64,000 nucleotides of DNA from the IMG/VR virus record IMGVR_UViG_3300043423_000026, one strand, 5' to 3'. Shown here one piece after another: positions 38,147-48,904 of the stretch (position 1 is the stretch's first letter; each line of letters starts with the position of its first letter). This DNA is from an uncultured virus (IMG/VR IMGVR_UViG_3300043423_000026) (lineage: Duplodnaviria; Heunggongvirae; Uroviricota; Caudoviricetes; Crassvirales). The position numbers were made by a program, and so were the translations under genes. Below the pieces are notes generated by a model. The model did no database searches and was not told the origin of the DNA. It was given only the letters and a program-made list of their open reading frames with translations.

Positions 38147-39577
38147 TTATCCGAAACGGAATAATACGAAGTTGTTAGCACCTAAAGTACATACACATCT
38201 TTCAGACAAGAAGTTAACCTCCATTGCATCCAAATCAGATGTTTGAGCACCTCCAGCAGAACCTGTAATCCAAGTTTTGTAACGTCTGTCCTCAGCTTCA
38301 GAAGCACGGTATCTTACGTGTAAGAATGGACGTTTAGCGTTTTTACCTAAGATTTGGTCGTATACTGAAGTAGAACCTGCAGGAACTAATAAACCTGTTA
38401 CAGTACCTGTAGCTGTAGCTGCAGTAGTGTTTAAACCACCTCTCATTGTTGGGTCGTTTAAGTATTTCCAATCAGATTTGTAGAAATCATAACCTCTACG
38501 GAATCCTGTGAAACCTAAGTTTAACGCCATATTAATATCATTGTCGAATAAACCGAATGATGCAGACTGAGCAACACCACCTGAAGTGTATCCATTCAAT
38601 GTAGCTAACATATTGTCGATGTCGAAAGACAATCCACGGTTAACGAATAAAGCATTTTCTTCAATAGCTCCTTGTTTATCTAAACGAGAAACGATTGTAT
38701 CCCAATCTTGTAATGTAGTTGGTGTACCACCACCCCAAACATTTCCTCTGTTGTTAACAACGTAGAAGATACCTTCAGACCCACCTTGTCCGTTACCACC
38801 TAATACAGCAGCAGCACCTGAGTTATTCTCAGCAGGAACAGCTTCAATCATAGCAGTTTCTAAGTAGTCTTCGAAACGTAGACGAGTTTCGTGCTCAGAT
38901 TTCAAATACCATAAGTATCCTGTAGCTCCATTTTCAGTTGTAACTTCAACCCATCCAATTTGAGCCATATCAGAACCATTAACAGAATATTTATCTTTAA
39001 TGATAATAGGCTTGTTAGAGAAGATTTCGTCTTCTGATTCTAATGAACCAACCATTCCGTTAGTTCCTTTTTTGAACTCAGAACCGTAGATGAATACAGT
39101 ACATTGAGTAGACACAGCAAAAGATTGTCCTGCTGCTTCGTAGTAAGCTACTGTGAAAGTAGTTGCTGAAGGAACCGCAGTAACGATTGCTTTGTTGTAA
39201 ACACCTGAAGTGTTGTTTTGAATCATAACAGTTTGTCCAACTCTGATAGCGATGTAAGTAACACCTGAATCAGCTACAGTAAAAGTAGCAGTGTTAGAGT
39301 TGATTGCTGCTGCAGAAGTACAGTTAGTGTACTTAATGTGAAGACGACCTTGTTCTGCCCATTTGATTTGGTCAGAGTTAGAAGGCATCTCTGCACCTAC
39401 CATTCTCAAGAATGATGCGATGGTTCTATTACCATAACGCTCAAATTCTTTCTCGTAAGTATCAGGAAGATACTGATTCAAGAAGTTGAAGTTGGTAATG
39501 TAGTTAGTCTGTAATGCTACTTGCTCAGCGCTTGGCTGTAAAGCATAAGTAGGATTGTTTAATAAAGCACTTGCCAT
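38147..39577 (-). CDS. Major capsid protein
   Basis: 476 aa after portal and scaffold; strong codon bias; followed by a terminator; WAEQGRL, RFEDYLE. Confidence 0.8.
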   Translation of the reverse strand: MASALLNNPTYALQPSAEQVALQTNYITNFNFLNQYLPDTYEKEFERYGNRTIASFLRMVGAEMPSNSDQIKWAEQGRLHIKYTNCTSAAAINSNTATFTVADSGVTYIAIRVGQTVMIQNNTSGVYNKAIVTAVPSATTFTVAYYEAAGQSFAVSTQCTVFIYGSEFKKGTNGMVGSLESEDEIFSNKPIIIKDKYSVNGSDMAQIGWVEVTTENGATGYLWYLKSEHETRLRFEDYLETAMIEAVPAENNSGAAAVLGGNGQGGSEGIFYVVNNRGNVWGGGTPTTLQDWDTIVSRLDKQGAIEENALFVNRGLSFDIDNMLATLNGYTSGGVAQSASFGLFDNDINMALNLGFTGFRRGYDFYKSDWKYLNDPTMRGGLNTTAATATGTVTGLLVPAGSTSVYDQILGKNAKRPFLHVRYRASEAEDRRYKTWITGSAGGAQTSDLDAMEVNFLSERCVCTLGANNFVLFRFG

Positions 39578-39596
39578 TTTTTTTAATTTTTAAATT

Positions 39597-40742
39597 TTAC
39601 ATTTTTTTTATACTTCGGATTTTTAAGCCCCTGCCCGAATCAGGGTTTACCTCTCTAACTTGCATCCCATCATTTTGCTTTGTAACTTCAGGCGCTCTTC
39701 TCTCAGACATTTGAATATTTTTAATATTCTTCATTGTCCCGTCTACAGCATCTGATTTACCTTGTTCGTAAAAGAACTTAGCAAACTTCTCAGGATTCAT
39801 AGCTACAGCTAAAGCTTTATGATAACCTTCTGCGTCTTTAATTAAACCTTGCTCATCTAAAAACTTATTGATGAAGTTTTCAGGAGTAGATTGTAATTTT
39901 CTCAACTCATTTCGGTCTCCCGGATTGAAAGCGACTTTTTTATCATCTAAGTTGAACTCAAAACCTTTGAATCCATCTGAGAAAACTTCGTCAGACTTTT
40001 GGTTAAACCATTGTCTTTTTCTTTCATTCTCCTCGTTAACAGTCTTAGCCTGTTTGGTATATTGCTTATAGCTTTCATAGATTTCCCTTTCTTCTTCAGA
40101 AACTAGAGGGCCACTTGACTCAAGTGGAACTCTGTATTTTTCCTTTTGGGAATTGAAAAACTTTTTAGCCTCGGCAATAGCTTTTTTGGTTTCTAATTTA
40201 ATTTTTCTAATTGAAGATTCATCATCAATGTCTTCATCATATCTATAGTCGTCCATAAGAACTTCTATATCATCTGCGTCAAGACCATCTTGAGTAGAAG
40301 ACAGATACTCTCTTAAAAGAGTTTCAGGCTCCATAGAATCTATGTCTTTGTTTAATTTCATAAAATCATCAATACCTCTACCTGTTTCTTGTTTGTACCT
40401 TAAATAGGTAGCTACGTCTTCAGGCAAGTCTACTGACTCTTTTCTTTCAGCCATTAAATCTTCAAACGATTTAATTTCTTTGTTGTATTTTTTACCAAGA
40501 TATGAAAGAACTTTTTCTTCTGATAACTCATCAGAACTATCATCTTGCGGTGCGCTGTGCTCAATTACCGGTGGTGTATCATCAACAACCGGTGTGTCAT
40601 CAACAACAGGAGCATCATTATTGGCTCCATAATTATTTACTTGAGCAAATTGCTGCTCGTGTCTATCGAGCAATTCTTGCTCTACTTGAACAGCGCTTTT
40701 TTCTTCAACACCGTCCAATGCTCTTACTTTGAAATTTTCCAT
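39597..40742 (-). CDS. Capsid scaffolding protein
   Basis: Very acidic and helical; FYEQGKSDA near C-terminus; between portal and capsid. Confidence 0.65.
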   Translation of the reverse strand: MENFKVRALDGVEEKSAVQVEQELLDRHEQQFAQVNNYGANNDAPVVDDTPVVDDTPPVIEHSAPQDDSSDELSEEKVLSYLGKKYNKEIKSFEDLMAERKESVDLPEDVATYLRYKQETGRGIDDFMKLNKDIDSMEPETLLREYLSSTQDGLDADDIEVLMDDYRYDEDIDDESSIRKIKLETKKAIAEAKKFFNSQKEKYRVPLESSGPLVSEEEREIYESYKQYTKQAKTVNEENERKRQWFNQKSDEVFSDGFKGFEFNLDDKKVAFNPGDRNELRKLQSTPENFINKFLDEQGLIKDAEGYHKALAVAMNPEKFAKFFYEQGKSDAVDGTMKNIKNIQMSERRAPEVTKQNDGMQVREVNPDSGRGLKIRSIKKM

Positions 40743-40789
40743 TTGATTAAATTTAATTTGTTACAAATCTATAACTTTTTTTTTAATTT

Positions 40790-43225
40790 TTAACGGGGTT
40801 CAAATTCCCCTAAATCAAACCCATCTAAGCTATCCTCATTTGATTCAAAATTCAATGGAGGTAGATTGTTTTTTCTTTGATTTATTAATTTTGATTGCTC
40901 TGTATTTTGTTGGCTTATTCTTTTAGCCTTTGCATCTTCTCTTTCTTTCTCACGAGTACTTAGGTTCTCAACCTCCATACCTCTTAATCTCTGATTGTAA
41001 TTAAACTCTTCAGCCATTAATTGAGATTTCATTTCTGATTGTTTTTCTAATAACTGAATTTCAAAAGCAACCTCTGCTTGTTTCAATTGCATTTTAGATT
41101 GAGTCTCCATTTGTGTTTTCTGCATAGCCATTTGACCTGCCATCTCTTGAGATTTCAATTGCTGTTGAGCCATCATCGCCTGTTTCTGTGTTTCCATTTG
41201 CTCTTCACGCTCTTGTTTTTTAACACGCTTCATTTTAAGCAATTGGTTTGCAAGTTTAAGGTTTCTAAGTTCACGAATATCAATAGCATCCTCAAGATTA
41301 ATATCTCCTTTAGATAAGGCCATTTGTACATTTGCTTCAAGCTGTGCTTTTTGCTCTTCATCAGGAGAAACTTCAATAAAGATACCAAAGTCGTAAATAT
41401 ACAACTCCTTAATATCGTTTAGTATAGATACATTAAACCTACCTATTTTATTTATAAAATCCTCTTTAAAATCAGAGTACTCTAATATATCGGCAATTCT
41501 ATATGTCAATGCTTCTGCTAATGTTCTATAGATAAATAAACTACTATCTAAGATATGTCTTGTAGCTGTATTTGAATTAAGAGCTGCTAACTTCTGAACA
41601 CCAACTAAAGAGTTAGGGTCAGGACTAGAACCATCTCTTGCTTCATTTAATCCGGTTACAGACCTAATCATATCCATATAATGGTTATAGTTAGCAATAA
41701 GCATTTGTGTTTTTGCTGCTCCTGAGTTTGATGTTAACTGAGTAATAGGCACTCTTGCATTGTTGAACTCTCCGTCTTGAGTATAACTACGTCCAATAAC
41801 AGAACCTGTTTGGAAGTATAATCTTAAAGCATCCTCGGGATTGTATGCTGCTCCTGTACCTAAGTCAACTTCATTTAAACCATCAGCATCAATGAACACA
41901 CCATCAGGTACCGTTCTATTAACTACTTGTTGAAGTTTTAAATGCGTTACCTGGATAAGGTCGGCAAAAGGAATCATTCTTCTAACTAAAGACTCGATAA
42001 CACCTTTATACATACGTGGGGCTGCTGCTACGTAATTTGGTATTGCGTGCTGAGACGCAGACTTAGGTCTTACCATATTTTTAGACAACTCCCACTTTAA
42101 AATGATATTGGTACCCATTACCATAACACCTTCATACCACACATCAATAGTCTTTTCGATTTTTTCGAAATTACCTTCCTCCATCATTTCAACAGGAGGA
42201 TTGAATGTATCGTCTTTCTCTATAACACGAGTATTACCGTTATCAAGAATTTTTTTCTTGTAAACAATTTTCTTAGTGGTCTTGTAGTTGAAATACATTA
42301 ATGTAGCAGTATCTCTTGAGAATACACTATTCTCATAGAACTGAGCTACATTGTAATAATCATACCACTGCTGACTGTATTGAGTAATCTCTTGAAGGTC
42401 ATCCTTAGTTAAAGTAGGGTCTATCTTCATCAACTCAGTTATAGGAAGTGTTTTAATTTCTCCCCAATAAAAACAATCTTTAAAATACGGGTCTTCTGTA
42501 TAGGAATAAACCACGTTCGCAGGGTCAACATAAGATATTTGAACACCTGAACCTTGAAGGAACTCGTGTTTCGCAATTCCAATACCAATTACAGTAGCAT
42601 CATAATCTATTCTTTTTCTGATATTGTCATAATGGTTTTCATCAAACATAGTATTGATAGCCTCTTCTTCGGCAATCTCAATAGCAGGTTTGTAATTAAG
42701 TTGCATATATAATGATAACTCCTCATCTGTATTAGGTAATTTATCAGGGTCCATAATAAACGGATTAACTCCTGATAGCTCTTGTATTTGAGTAAGAACC
42801 TCTTTACCTGCAACTTGAGACTCAAGCATCTCTTGATACTTGCTTCTTTTTGATTGAGACATTGCGTCTTGTGCGTATGCTTTTACTTTAAAAAGTCTAT
42901 CAGACATACCGTTTACCACAATATCAACAAACTTAGGGATAATAGGGACAGGAGTCCAATCTAAATTAAGATAAGATAAATCTCCATCAATTGCTAATTC
43001 ATTTTTATACTTTGCAACAGACTGTTCTCCTCTTGCGTAAAGTCTTAATCTATTGAACTCCCTCCATTGGCTGTAATATCTACAAGAGTTTCCGTCTTTT
43101 CTAAACCATTCGTATTGAATAGCTTGCCCTACTTGCAACCCAAATTGGGAAGATGCTTTTTCAGCATCAGAAGCTAACTGACTTGGGAATGCTGACGATG
43201 TAATATCTATTGTTATGTTTTTCAT
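40790..43225 (-). CDS. Portal protein
   Basis: 811 aa after terminase; PIIPKFVDIVV, TGLNEARDG, Gln-rich C-terminal coiled coil. Confidence 0.8.
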   Translation of the reverse strand: MKNITIDITSSAFPSQLASDAEKASSQFGLQVGQAIQYEWFRKDGNSCRYYSQWREFNRLRLYARGEQSVAKYKNELAIDGDLSYLNLDWTPVPIIPKFVDIVVNGMSDRLFKVKAYAQDAMSQSKRSKYQEMLESQVAGKEVLTQIQELSGVNPFIMDPDKLPNTDEELSLYMQLNYKPAIEIAEEEAINTMFDENHYDNIRKRIDYDATVIGIGIAKHEFLQGSGVQISYVDPANVVYSYTEDPYFKDCFYWGEIKTLPITELMKIDPTLTKDDLQEITQYSQQWYDYYNVAQFYENSVFSRDTATLMYFNYKTTKKIVYKKKILDNGNTRVIEKDDTFNPPVEMMEEGNFEKIEKTIDVWYEGVMVMGTNIILKWELSKNMVRPKSASQHAIPNYVAAAPRMYKGVIESLVRRMIPFADLIQVTHLKLQQVVNRTVPDGVFIDADGLNEVDLGTGAAYNPEDALRLYFQTGSVIGRSYTQDGEFNNARVPITQLTSNSGAAKTQMLIANYNHYMDMIRSVTGLNEARDGSSPDPNSLVGVQKLAALNSNTATRHILDSSLFIYRTLAEALTYRIADILEYSDFKEDFINKIGRFNVSILNDIKELYIYDFGIFIEVSPDEEQKAQLEANVQMALSKGDINLEDAIDIRELRNLKLANQLLKMKRVKKQEREEQMETQKQAMMAQQQLKSQEMAGQMAMQKTQMETQSKMQLKQAEVAFEIQLLEKQSEMKSQLMAEEFNYNQRLRGMEVENLSTREKEREDAKAKRISQQNTEQSKLINQRKNNLPPLNFESNEDSLDGFDLGEFEPR

Positions 43226-45468
43226 CTAATTAATTGACTATTAGTTCCATCATTTGAATACCTTGCGAAGTTAATAATAATTTTTGAATCTTTTTTCTCA
43301 GGTTGATATAAATGCTTTTGATTAGCCATAATAGCTAATCCCGAGCTAATAGAGGCATCAAACTTAGTTCTATCGTTTATATCGAACTTGGCCCAATCCT
43401 CTAAAGTTCTTGTAAAAGGCATATTTCCTATTTGGTCAGAGTCTCTATAGTTACCTGCCATATCAAATCCAATGTATCTTTCAATGTAAGACTCAATTGC
43501 AGATGCGTGAGATTGTTTAACATCTTCAGAAGAGTTTGGTATACCTCCTAACTCACGTTCTGTTTTTGATAACTTATTATATTGCTTGTCGGGTCTATTT
43601 AGACAGTAATGTCTATACCCTCTATTTTTAAAGTGATAAAGTAATCTAGGCTTGTTATTCTCTATTAGAATAGGCATACCATAAAATACACAGGCCATTA
43701 ATACTTCTTCAAAAAATATCTCGGCCGTCTGTGGTCTTGCTATATATTCCAAGAAGAACTCATTAGAAGGAGCATCATCCATATTAAATTTAGTAAGTCC
43801 GTGAAGAGAACCATTAGACCCTCTTCCTCCTACTACTGCTGATATATCATAGGAGTCACATCCAAATGAACCTATGTGTTCATTACCAGGATACTTTACT
43901 CCATTTCTTATATGCACATTATTCTGTAAATGTTTAGCAGGAGTCCAACTAACTAAGAATCTACCCCTGTTGTCAGGAGTAAACATAACCTTAGTATCCT
44001 TTATACCATCCTGCCAATGAAAAGAACCTCTTGTTGTATAGTGTTCTTTTATCAAACTGTCGTTATAGTCAATCTGTTGGTATATCTTTGTAAGGTTGAA
44101 TAAAGACTGTTTACTTTCATCTCTAAATGCGTGAGATTCAGTTCTTGGGAACTGTCTGTAAAACTCATTCAACGCATCAGCATCACTCTTTAATGAATCA
44201 ACCTCTGCTTCCCAATAATCTATAGCTCCATTTTTTACCAAAACTCCATCAACACCCATTACAGGTTCAGTAGGTTTGTAGAAAATAGGCATACCATATC
44301 TATCAATGAATCCCTCCATATTCCATTCCATAGGAATAAATAAAGAGTATAGACCTGATTTTGTTTGACCATTGGCATTTCGAACAGAAGCATTAGAGTC
44401 TTCATACATATCTTTGTAGTTCTGACCTCCTTTTGATAAAGCATTTGACGTAGAACCCATCATACATTTACCGATAATCTTAGAACCTAAACGAAGACAG
44501 GTTTTAGTTACACGCCAATTCTCCTTGATATTATTAGGCTTTGTCCATTTACCCGACTCATCGTGAGCTAAGAATAAAAGTTTCTCCCCATCATAGGAGT
44601 TATCTTCTGTATTCTTCCAATCTATTGATGTATCTAACCCCTCTATAATCTCAGCCTCAGAGTCATACATATTCTTCTTGGTAATCTTAGACGCAGGAAC
44701 CCTAAAAGCTAACTCCGTCTTTGGCTTATCCATACCATCCATAATAGGTTTAAAGAAGAAAGGAAGTCTGCTATTTATAGGGACAACCTTATCTGTAAAC
44801 ATCTTTTTAGCATCAGCCCCGGTCTTGGATAATATACCAACCCTTGAATCTTTTGCAAGAGTACCTATATTTACCGACTCTGAAGAAGCCATAAAAGAGA
44901 ATCCTGAACGTCTAATCTTCAGGTATATCATACCGAAGCTACGGCCATCAGCTTTACAAGCTTCCCAAAACAACCAATATATTCTATTGGCTTCACGGAA
45001 GTCAGGATAACCAACGTCAATACTTGACCATTGTAAATACATATAGTGAGAACCTGTTATATATGTTTTAAGTCCGTTGTTTACAAACCAAAAACCTTGT
45101 TCTCTATAATCAAACTCTTGTTCAATATACTCTACCCATCTGTTTTTAAATTCAGCCGGCATTTCATTCCATTGGAATATTGACTGTATTTTTTCTAAAG
45201 GTTTAGGTATAGGTTGTCTTTCCCAATATTGCTCAGACTTTGTTGAACTTCTCTGAAAGCATTTGTCAGGAGTAGGAGGTATAGCAATGTAAAGACCTGA
45301 TATATTAATCACATCTCCAATTTGCCCTGTTTTAGATATTACTATAACATCGTATTGGTCATTATATCCATACGCCCAAGACCTGTTTCTATTTTTATTA
45401 GAAACAATAGTTTTAGGTATATAGTCAGTGACTACCGTGTATAATTTATCTTGACCTTCTTTCTGCAA
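43222..45468 (-). CDS. terL: Terminase large subunit (probable TTG start at 45468)
   Basis: KIRRSGFS Walker A-like, HDESGKW Walker B, GSTSN motif III, FGCDSYD nuclease, KFDASISSG. Confidence 0.85.
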   Translation of the reverse strand: MQKEGQDKLYTVVTDYIPKTIVSNKNRNRSWAYGYNDQYDVIVISKTGQIGDVINISGLYIAIPPTPDKCFQRSSTKSEQYWERQPIPKPLEKIQSIFQWNEMPAEFKNRWVEYIEQEFDYREQGFWFVNNGLKTYITGSHYMYLQWSSIDVGYPDFREANRIYWLFWEACKADGRSFGMIYLKIRRSGFSFMASSESVNIGTLAKDSRVGILSKTGADAKKMFTDKVVPINSRLPFFFKPIMDGMDKPKTELAFRVPASKITKKNMYDSEAEIIEGLDTSIDWKNTEDNSYDGEKLLFLAHDESGKWTKPNNIKENWRVTKTCLRLGSKIIGKCMMGSTSNALSKGGQNYKDMYEDSNASVRNANGQTKSGLYSLFIPMEWNMEGFIDRYGMPIFYKPTEPVMGVDGVLVKNGAIDYWEAEVDSLKSDADALNEFYRQFPRTESHAFRDESKQSLFNLTKIYQQIDYNDSLIKEHYTTRGSFHWQDGIKDTKVMFTPDNRGRFLVSWTPAKHLQNNVHIRNGVKYPGNEHIGSFGCDSYDISAVVGGRGSNGSLHGLTKFNMDDAPSNEFFLEYIARPQTAEIFFEEVLMACVFYGMPILIENNKPRLLYHFKNRGYRHYCLNRPDKQYNKLSKTERELGGIPNSSEDVKQSHASAIESYIERYIGFDMAGNYRDSDQIGNMPFTRTLEDWAKFDINDRTKFDASISSGLAIMANQKHLYQPEKKDSKIIINFARYSNDGTNSQLIR

Positions 45469-45730
45469 AACCTTGTCTTGTATCAGTTCGACTTCCACCT
45501 TTTTCAGATAATTCAATACTTTCTTTTTCTGCCTCAATTCTATTAAGGATTTCAAAAGCATCAAATATAGCTAATTTCTTTGTCGCTGCCGCATTTTTTA
45601 GTTTATCAGCAGCCAAATCATCTCCTTCGCTGTTTGGGTCCAATATGGAGTCCTCAGCGACTTTGATTAGTTCTTCTACGGCTTTATGTCCTGCCGCTAT
45701 AATTTTCAGTTTTATTTCTTTTGTACTCAT
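45446..45730 (-). CDS. Putative terminase small subunit
   Basis: Small helical protein overlapping the terL start. Confidence 0.4.
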   Translation of the reverse strand: MSTKEIKLKIIAAGHKAVEELIKVAEDSILDPNSEGDDLAADKLKNAAATKKLAIFDAFEILNRIEAEKESIELSEKGGSRTDTRQGFAERRSR

Positions 45731-46290
45731 AGCTTCATAGTTATTTGATGGTCATACATCCTGTACAACTTCTCTCCGTCAACAGTAAATTCATATTCAC
45801 TGTCAGGTTTGAAGCATACTAAGTCTCCTGAGTTTAAGCCTTGGCTTGATAGGTATTCATTTGGATAAACCATCTTACCCATCAATGGCTCTTCGTTAAA
45901 AGGTTTTTTGATATATGATTCAATTGCAGGGATTGGTTTTACAAAGCAGTATTTATCATACGCAAACCACTTATCCTTTTTTTGATACATAAAGAATTGG
46001 TCTGTTTCAATAAAGAACAAATCATCTTTAAAGAAACTCTTACCGCTTTTTTGACGACCTCTCATATCATTATAATACTTAAAAGCATTATGATGAACAA
46101 GTAAGGTATCACCTACCTCGATAGGACCTGTATAACCTAAAGGTACCTCAATTACTTCAGCGTATCGGTTTGAAAATTTATAGTCTTCTTCCGAAGTACT
46201 TACTATAAATTCAATGCCCGCTATCTCTTTAGTATTATTGTATCTTTTATTATTTTTAGGCTTTGCTATAAAATAAAAAGGAGATTTCAT
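45727..46290 (-). CDS. Tandem GroES-like domain protein
   Basis: Two repeats: AEVIEVP..IEVGDTLLV and GKMVYP..LNSGDLVCF..EYEFTVDGEKLYRM. Confidence 0.5.
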   Translation of the reverse strand: MKSPFYFIAKPKNNKRYNNTKEIAGIEFIVSTSEEDYKFSNRYAEVIEVPLGYTGPIEVGDTLLVHHNAFKYYNDMRGRQKSGKSFFKDDLFFIETDQFFMYQKKDKWFAYDKYCFVKPIPAIESYIKKPFNEEPLMGKMVYPNEYLSSQGLNSGDLVCFKPDSEYEFTVDGEKLYRMYDHQITMKL

Positions 46291-46517
46291 TAAAAGTCTA
46301 TATTAAATTCGATTGAAATTGGAACCGTAAAGGTAAACTCTTTCCACAAAACTACCTCATTTTTTCTGTTAATAATGTAAATTTGTATAGATTCTCTTGT
46401 TTTATCGAATTTAATTAAGTGAATTTCGTTAGAATCACCTAGAACTTTTTGGCCAACTAAGTAGTGCATAGCTCCACTTTTATAGTCAGGTCCGATTGAT
46501 ATTTTTCTTATATCCAT
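46290..46517 (-). CDS. Conserved hypothetical protein
   Basis: IRKISIGPDYK..AMHY.VGQ...WKEF...PISIE. Confidence 0.6.
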   Translation of the reverse strand: MDIRKISIGPDYKSGAMHYLVGQKVLGDSNEIHLIKFDKTRESIQIYIINRKNEVVLWKEFTFTVPISIEFNIDF

Positions 46518-46699
46518 TATATTAAATTTAATTCTTCTGTTGTGTATGGTTGTTCGTCATACCAAGTCCATCCATCGACAGGGTACTCGTAAGTATCTTT
46601 TAATTCTTTATCTAAAGTATAATCAGGAGCATACACAAAGTTAGGTGCATACAACCAATTCTCATCTTCTAATTTGTAAAATCCTGCTGTTGTTTCCAT
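46517..46699 (-). CDS. Small protein, possible fibre partner/chaperone
   Basis: Follows the LRR gene; YEYPVDGWTWY. Confidence 0.5.
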   Translation of the reverse strand: METTAGFYKLEDENWLYAPNFVYAPDYTLDKELKDTYEYPVDGWTWYDEQPYTTEELNLI

Positions 46700-46703
46700 A
46701 TTT

Positions 46704-48899
46704 TTATCCTGTTACTGTCCATCCTTTAGTGGTTGCTATTGTTCTTGTACATCCAGCCGCTCCTGTGCAGCTTGTTATATTGATTGTTTTTCCAACTACT
46801 ACGGGTAAATCCGTAAATAATTGATTTAATGCTGTAATTCCTAAATCACAAAAAGAAACATTTATTTGTGGAGATGAGCCTGTATATTGACCCGCTGATG
46901 CGTTTAATAACCTTAATGAATTTAATTTATTAAAATTCTGTGTTGTTGAATTTCCATTTAAACTCAATTGCGAAAAAGGACAATTAAAACTTAATGAAGT
47001 TAATAAATTTGAAAAAGAAGCACTTCCATTTGTCATAGTTGCACCTACTAACGGAGTTGATGTTAAGCTTCCTACCTTATCTAAATTATTTATTGTTGTT
47101 AAATTTCCACAACCAAAAAACATTTGATTTATAGAAGTAACAGCTGATGTTTGAGTAGTGGGAAGTGTTAAAGTTTTTAAATTAAAACAACCACTTACAA
47201 GATTTGAGTAAGCTGATAAAGAAGCTGAAATTGTACTCGGTAAAGTTATAGATGTAATTGAATAGCAATTAGAAAAAGTACTTGTAAAGTTAAGGCAATT
47301 GGGCATACTTGTTGGTAAAGTAATTGACAATAAGCCAAAACAATTAAAAAAAGTACTACCCATATTAGTAACAGCCCCTAATGAACTTGGTAAAGTGATT
47401 GAGCTTAACACGTAACAATTACTAAATGCAGAATTTAAAGTTGTTAAAGCATTTAAACTTGTTGGTAACACAATAGAAGACAATCTGTAACATTGCTGAA
47501 ACGCAGTCGCCATACTTGTAATGCTATTTTGCGAATTATTAGGCAGTGTAATTGACGTGACAGAAACACATCCATTAAAAGTATTTGCTAAACTTGTTAT
47601 TAACCATCCTGATGGTATTGTGATTGATTCTAACGACCAACATTGGTTAAATGCTTGAGATATGTTAATCCCACCTGACGCAACTGTCGTTGGAAGCGTA
47701 AGGTTTTTTAAACTATAACAAGTACTAAATGCCGAACTTAAATTAGCTAAATTTGGCATTGCTGACTGAAAAGTAATGCTTGTTATTGCATTACAGGCAC
47801 TAAAACATCCTGATAATACCGAAGCATTAAAGTTAGTAGGAAGAACAATGTTTTTTAAATTATTACACCCATTAAAAGCATTTGAAAAATCATATATTGC
47901 ATTTGATGAACAAGAGTTAGGTAAATAAATATTTTGCAATTTTGTACAAGTTTGGAAAGCCCCTGAAAAAGTCACAGCAGTTCCTGTTGATACGGGCGCA
48001 GGCATTGAAGTAATTTTAACCCACTGCAAAGAAAAACAACCTGCAAATGTAGTTTGCAAACTATTTAATAAGTTAATACTTGGTAGCGTTATGTTTTTTA
48101 AAGCAACGCATCCGTTAAACGCGCTTGCCATTGTAGTACAACTATTCAACGTAGCTGGCAAAGTGACACTCCTTAATTTCTGACAACTACTAAAAACGCT
48201 TGATAATTGCGTTATTTTCGTTGCGTTTGATGGAAAAACTATATCTAATAAATTGTAACAGCCATTAAATGTTAAGTTAAGTATACTCAATGAGCTCGCT
48301 GAAGTTGGCATTACAACTACATATAAATTATTACAAGTTTGAAACATATTTTGCATTTGACTTGTCCAAGAAACAGTAGCTGGTAATTTAACATATTCTA
48401 ACATCATAAAATTTCCAAATCCGAGTGTGGTTGAATATGAAGTAAAATAATTTGCAAAAAAAGCAGATGTACTACAAGTTCCATCTCCAAAATAAGCTTC
48501 TAACAATCCAATCCCATAATATGGACTACCTCCTGTTGCTGAAAAATTCGGAATATGCCTTGCATTTGTTATTACACAAGTTGCATCCCCATAAATTCTT
48601 ATCTTCCAAGTATTATAACCCCTTGAACAAGGCGTTCCTCCTGTTGAATAGATATGTGATGTGTCTATTGAAGAAACAGTTGTAATTGTGTCAATTGTTC
48701 CATCTCCCCAATCAATATATATATTACCAGACGTACGAGTAAATGTAGTTCTAATTGTAAAAGCTTTTGTTCCTGTATCAGCTACTAAAAATTGTACTTC
48801 ATTAGGAGTATCTGTTATTGCTACCCAATCGGAAGGTCTTACCCAATCAGGTGGGGTTGGAATTGGAGCTATTGAATTTATAGGTACATTAAATGCCAT
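46704..48899 (-). CDS. BspA-type leucine-rich-repeat protein with a PKD-like N-terminal domain; candidate receptor-binding protein
   Basis: Roughly twenty F.xC..L.S(I/V)TLP repeats; IDWGDGT. Confidence 0.75.
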   Translation of the reverse strand: MAFNVPINSIAPIPTPPDWVRPSDWVAITDTPNEVQFLVADTGTKAFTIRTTFTRTSGNIYIDWGDGTIDTITTVSSIDTSHIYSTGGTPCSRGYNTWKIRIYGDATCVITNARHIPNFSATGGSPYYGIGLLEAYFGDGTCSTSAFFANYFTSYSTTLGFGNFMMLEYVKLPATVSWTSQMQNMFQTCNNLYVVVMPTSASSLSILNLTFNGCYNLLDIVFPSNATKITQLSSVFSSCQKLRSVTLPATLNSCTTMASAFNGCVALKNITLPSINLLNSLQTTFAGCFSLQWVKITSMPAPVSTGTAVTFSGAFQTCTKLQNIYLPNSCSSNAIYDFSNAFNGCNNLKNIVLPTNFNASVLSGCFSACNAITSITFQSAMPNLANLSSAFSTCYSLKNLTLPTTVASGGINISQAFNQCWSLESITIPSGWLITSLANTFNGCVSVTSITLPNNSQNSITSMATAFQQCYRLSSIVLPTSLNALTTLNSAFSNCYVLSSITLPSSLGAVTNMGSTFFNCFGLLSITLPTSMPNCLNFTSTFSNCYSITSITLPSTISASLSAYSNLVSGCFNLKTLTLPTTQTSAVTSINQMFFGCGNLTTINNLDKVGSLTSTPLVGATMTNGSASFSNLLTSLSFNCPFSQLSLNGNSTTQNFNKLNSLRLLNASAGQYTGSSPQINVSFCDLGITALNQLFTDLPVVVGKTINITSCTGAAGCTRTIATTKGWTVTG

Positions 48900-48904
48900 T
48901 AGAT

